From Owenia fusiformis (taxonomy: Eukaryota), in NCBI GenBank assembly GCA_903813345.2, contig CAIIXF020000001.1:49910001-49974000 (forward strand): DNA of 64,000 nucleotides, in the 5' to 3' direction. The notes under the pieces were generated by a model. It did no database searches, had not been told where the DNA came from, and was given only the letters and a program-made list of their open reading frames with translations. Positions 61,201-64,000 of this stretch are shown here, piece after piece. Position numbers and translations under genes: made by a program. Each line of letters opens with the position of its first letter. Position 1 is the first letter of the stretch.

Positions 61201-62469
61201 AATCCTGTGAAGTGAAACACCTTTGGTTCCTCTTAAAGTGTTCCACTTGAAAGGTGTTCCACTTATAGAGGTTCATTTAACATTAAGTCACTTGGTCTTG
61301 GGAAAAGTGTTCAGTTAACAGAGGTGTTCAGCTAACAGAGGTGTTCCACTAACAGAGGCGTTCCACTAACAGAGGTGTTCCACTTACAGAGGTGTTCCAC
61401 TAACAGAGGTGTTCCACTAACAGAGGTATTCCACTAACAGAGGTGTTCCACTTACAGGTGTTTCACTTAACAGAGGTGTTCTACTAACACAGGTGTTCCA
61501 CTAACAGAGGTGTTCCACTTAACAGATTCTGCTGTATATATTATCTTATATTTTCTATACTGACCTGCAATGACTTGTCTCCATAGGATCTTTGCCTTGT
61601 TGTTTGATAGCAGGAAGGCAACCACGATGCACAGGAATAGGCCTGCTAGAGATATCAACTGATTGGGTCGCTCTCTCATATCAACCACCAGGAATACAAT
61701 AAACCCAACTAATAGTATAAAGTAGAGCACCCTAAAAGTCATAAATAACACATATAACAGAGTTGTAGTGTAATCAAATTTCTTAATTTTATTAATTATT
61801 AAAAAATATAACTGCCAAATTGAAAGAAATAATCAAAATTGAGGTGTTCTAAAAATCAGGGTTCTTTGACAAAATGAGGTAAAGATTATTAGTACATGCA
61901 ATTTTACATCACTGTTTCCCACACTATATCTGCACGGGCAAATGTAATAAGATTTCTTCATTACAGACAATAACAGTTAGTTACATTTTTTGTGTCACCC
62001 TGTAGAGAACAAAAAATCTATATAAGACAACCAGCTTAACTGATTACCTTTTGTGACATTAATTAGTCTATATTACATACCATCTATGATATGGCGACAC
62101 TTTTTGAAGAAGAGTTTCCAGTTTTATTCCAATTCCATCTTGCACTTGGGCCCCATACTTTGTTTTCAAGACTTCATACATCCACAGCACTATAACACAT
62201 ATTGTGAGAACAAACAGAGCGATGTTCTTTTGAAAATCCAAATACATTGCATAGCCAAAATATCCAGCATATGCTAAGACAAGGAGAATCTTTATCATTT
62301 GCAAAATGAAATTTCTGTTGTTCACATAAAACGTTCTGAGATTCTGCTGAATTTTGAGGACTTTGTTTGGTGGTTCTGGAGGCTCCCTCTGAGTCATGTT
62401 GGTCTTTGTTCCATGCATGGCACAATGTTCCAATGTTTCTTCTGTTGATTTGTTTTCAATTTCAGTCAT
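55224..62469 (-). CDS. SLC28A3: Concentrative nucleoside transporter family protein (SLC28A3-like, divergent; ~562 aa, 11 coding exons)
   Basis: Exons (minus): 62081-62469, 61565-61731, 60757-60923, 59771-59932, 58399-58524, 57941-58071, 57333-57501, 56781-56957, 56056-56161, 55705-55779, 55224-55243 (TAA); 1689 nt, phases consistent. CNT motifs: WRQVIAGLAMQFIFGLIILRW, YTDAGARFVFG, ATIAG, HLVSASVMSAPAALAISK, RSEAIVTYAVCNFANFGS, FMTACIAG. Paralogue identity is uncertain. Confidence 0.88.
59093..59727. mobile_element. TIR MITE with 17-bp subterminal repeats and 8-9-bp TSD
   Basis: (ACAACTCGTACCCAAG)x3 at the left, reverse complement x4 at the right; CACTCAGG(G) on both flanks. Confidence 0.82.
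61205..61535. repeat. 18-bp tandem repeat (AGAGGTGTTCCACTAAC) at the end of a pogo/Tigger-like MITE
   Basis: About 12 tandem copies at 61305-61525 ending CAGATTCTGCTG|TA; related fragment at ~18655-18698. Confidence 0.7.
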
Positions 62470-64000
62470 TCTGTCTGGAATAAATTGAAACCTACAGTAC
62501 AGTATCAACAAAATGTATGATAAGATCTCTGAATTTAAAAATATATTTCACTTGCACACTGAACTAGAACAAACAAGTATTAGATAATCTTGAAAATGCT
62601 ACTATTGTCCGAATCCCTTTTTCTGTGCATCAAACCTGTTTGTGGCCTGGTTGTTGGAAAGAAAATTTTTTTAATCAAAGGATTGGTTACATGGATTAAT
62701 AAAAGAGCCATTACCTTAGGTTCAGGCCCTAAGCCAGTTTTGAAAAATCCCAGGGCGAAAAATCACTTGAAAAGTGCTCAAAATGGTGAAAAAGTGCACG
62801 ATTTTGAAAGATTTTTTTGGCCGGTGAGGGTGAGTTTGGACACCCCCAGCTATGGGTCTGATATTCAGGCAAATTACTTCTCAGCATTAACTGCCCCTTT
62901 AAAGAACTTAACAATTATTACTAGCAAATTCTTACCCTCTATGTGTATTACTCCAAGTAGGACTTTAAAATAGATCTGTTAACCTCTTGATCATAAATTA
63001 CCGAAAATGTAAGATACTATTGACATATATGCATTTATATCAGAACACAAGTCATCAAGAGTTCACGTGCATGAAAGTACATTCATCATTAGGCCTATAA
63101 ATGCTTAGTTGACAAAATAGAACCACAAGTCTGCATGTACATGTATATCGATATTGCCTGAAATGTTATCATGTCCAATTTTGAGATTCTAAAAAAAATT
63201 CATAATGAGATTCTCCAAACAGAGGCCTCCAGATCTCATACCTCCTTCTTCCAAGAAGGAATGCAGTTGATGTATAGTGCACTGCATTCGGAGGATGTCA
63301 TAATGAGTGCAAATTTCAGATTTTCATCCTAAGATATATATAACAACTTACCTCTATGTAAGGATATCCAATTACTATTTTTGTTATCTTATTACTAAAT
63401 AGTTAGTGTATATCAACAGCTGAATTGAATTATTTTCATCCTTAATTATTCTCTCATTTAGCATTCTTGTTAAATCATCACCTCTGTATAAAGTAGTTTC
63501 GAAACCAAATGTTTGGTAATCAACTAGTATATACACATTTCTGTTATATGAGAGTATGACGGGTTCACTGAGATAAGGGATAAGGGAGAAAATGCATTTA
63601 AAGTATATGGCTTATGAAACTATAATAGTATGTATATGTAATGAGAATGAGAATTTACAACTTCCCCTTCAAAATCTAAATAAGGCCTCTATAAAATATG
63701 AGGTATACATTATAAGAGCTGCAATAATGCGTGCAGTAAGAAATGCGAGGACCCTTGACAGACCCCCTTTACATCATAGATCATATAAATGTGATATCTT
63801 AAATCTAAATAAAACTACTACATTATGTACACAACATTGATAACCTCACCAGGTAGCCCCTGATTGTGTGCTACTTACTGACAATGTCTTTGAGGATTAA
63901 CGATAAAAGTCAAAGAATACATTGAGTTTAACTGTCTGTATTGACATACATGTATAAAAAACACTTAAAAAATCTTGAAGATATGTCTACCCTCTGAACA

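Noticed and set aside
62590..62973. 127-aa plus-strand ORF
   Set aside because: TTG start, overlaps a small TIR element (~62722-62860), no recognisable domain.

Overview
AT-rich eukaryotic (invertebrate-type, intron-rich) genomic DNA. Four spliced protein-coding genes can be built by hand with GT-AG boundaries and consistent phases. (1) The 5' part of FARSB (phenylalanyl-tRNA synthetase beta) on the minus strand, ATG at 8673, running off the left edge. (2) A 31-coding-exon, ~1639-aa CCDC17-like gene on the plus strand (12408-53496) with a long uncharacterised C-terminal extension. (3) A sarcoplasmic-calcium-binding-protein-like EF-hand gene nested antisense in intron 18 of the CCDC17-like gene. 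(4) A divergent SLC28/CNT-family transporter on the minus strand (55224-62469). Introns are packed with non-autonomous DNA transposons. The largest are a ~7-kb foldback element built from ~80-bp repeats, whose apparent 9-bp target-site duplication is a 5' splice site, and a ~6-kb four-unit Helentron/HINE-like concatemer rich in AGGTCA motifs. Tc1/mariner, hAT-like, TTAA-flanked MITEs, a LINE 3' fragment and a probable tRNA-SINE are also present. A recurring oddity is short copies of exon 3' ends, including the splice donor, in neighbouring introns of three different genes. No rRNA, tRNA or CRISPR array is supported. Protein family assignments come from recalled motifs, not database searches.
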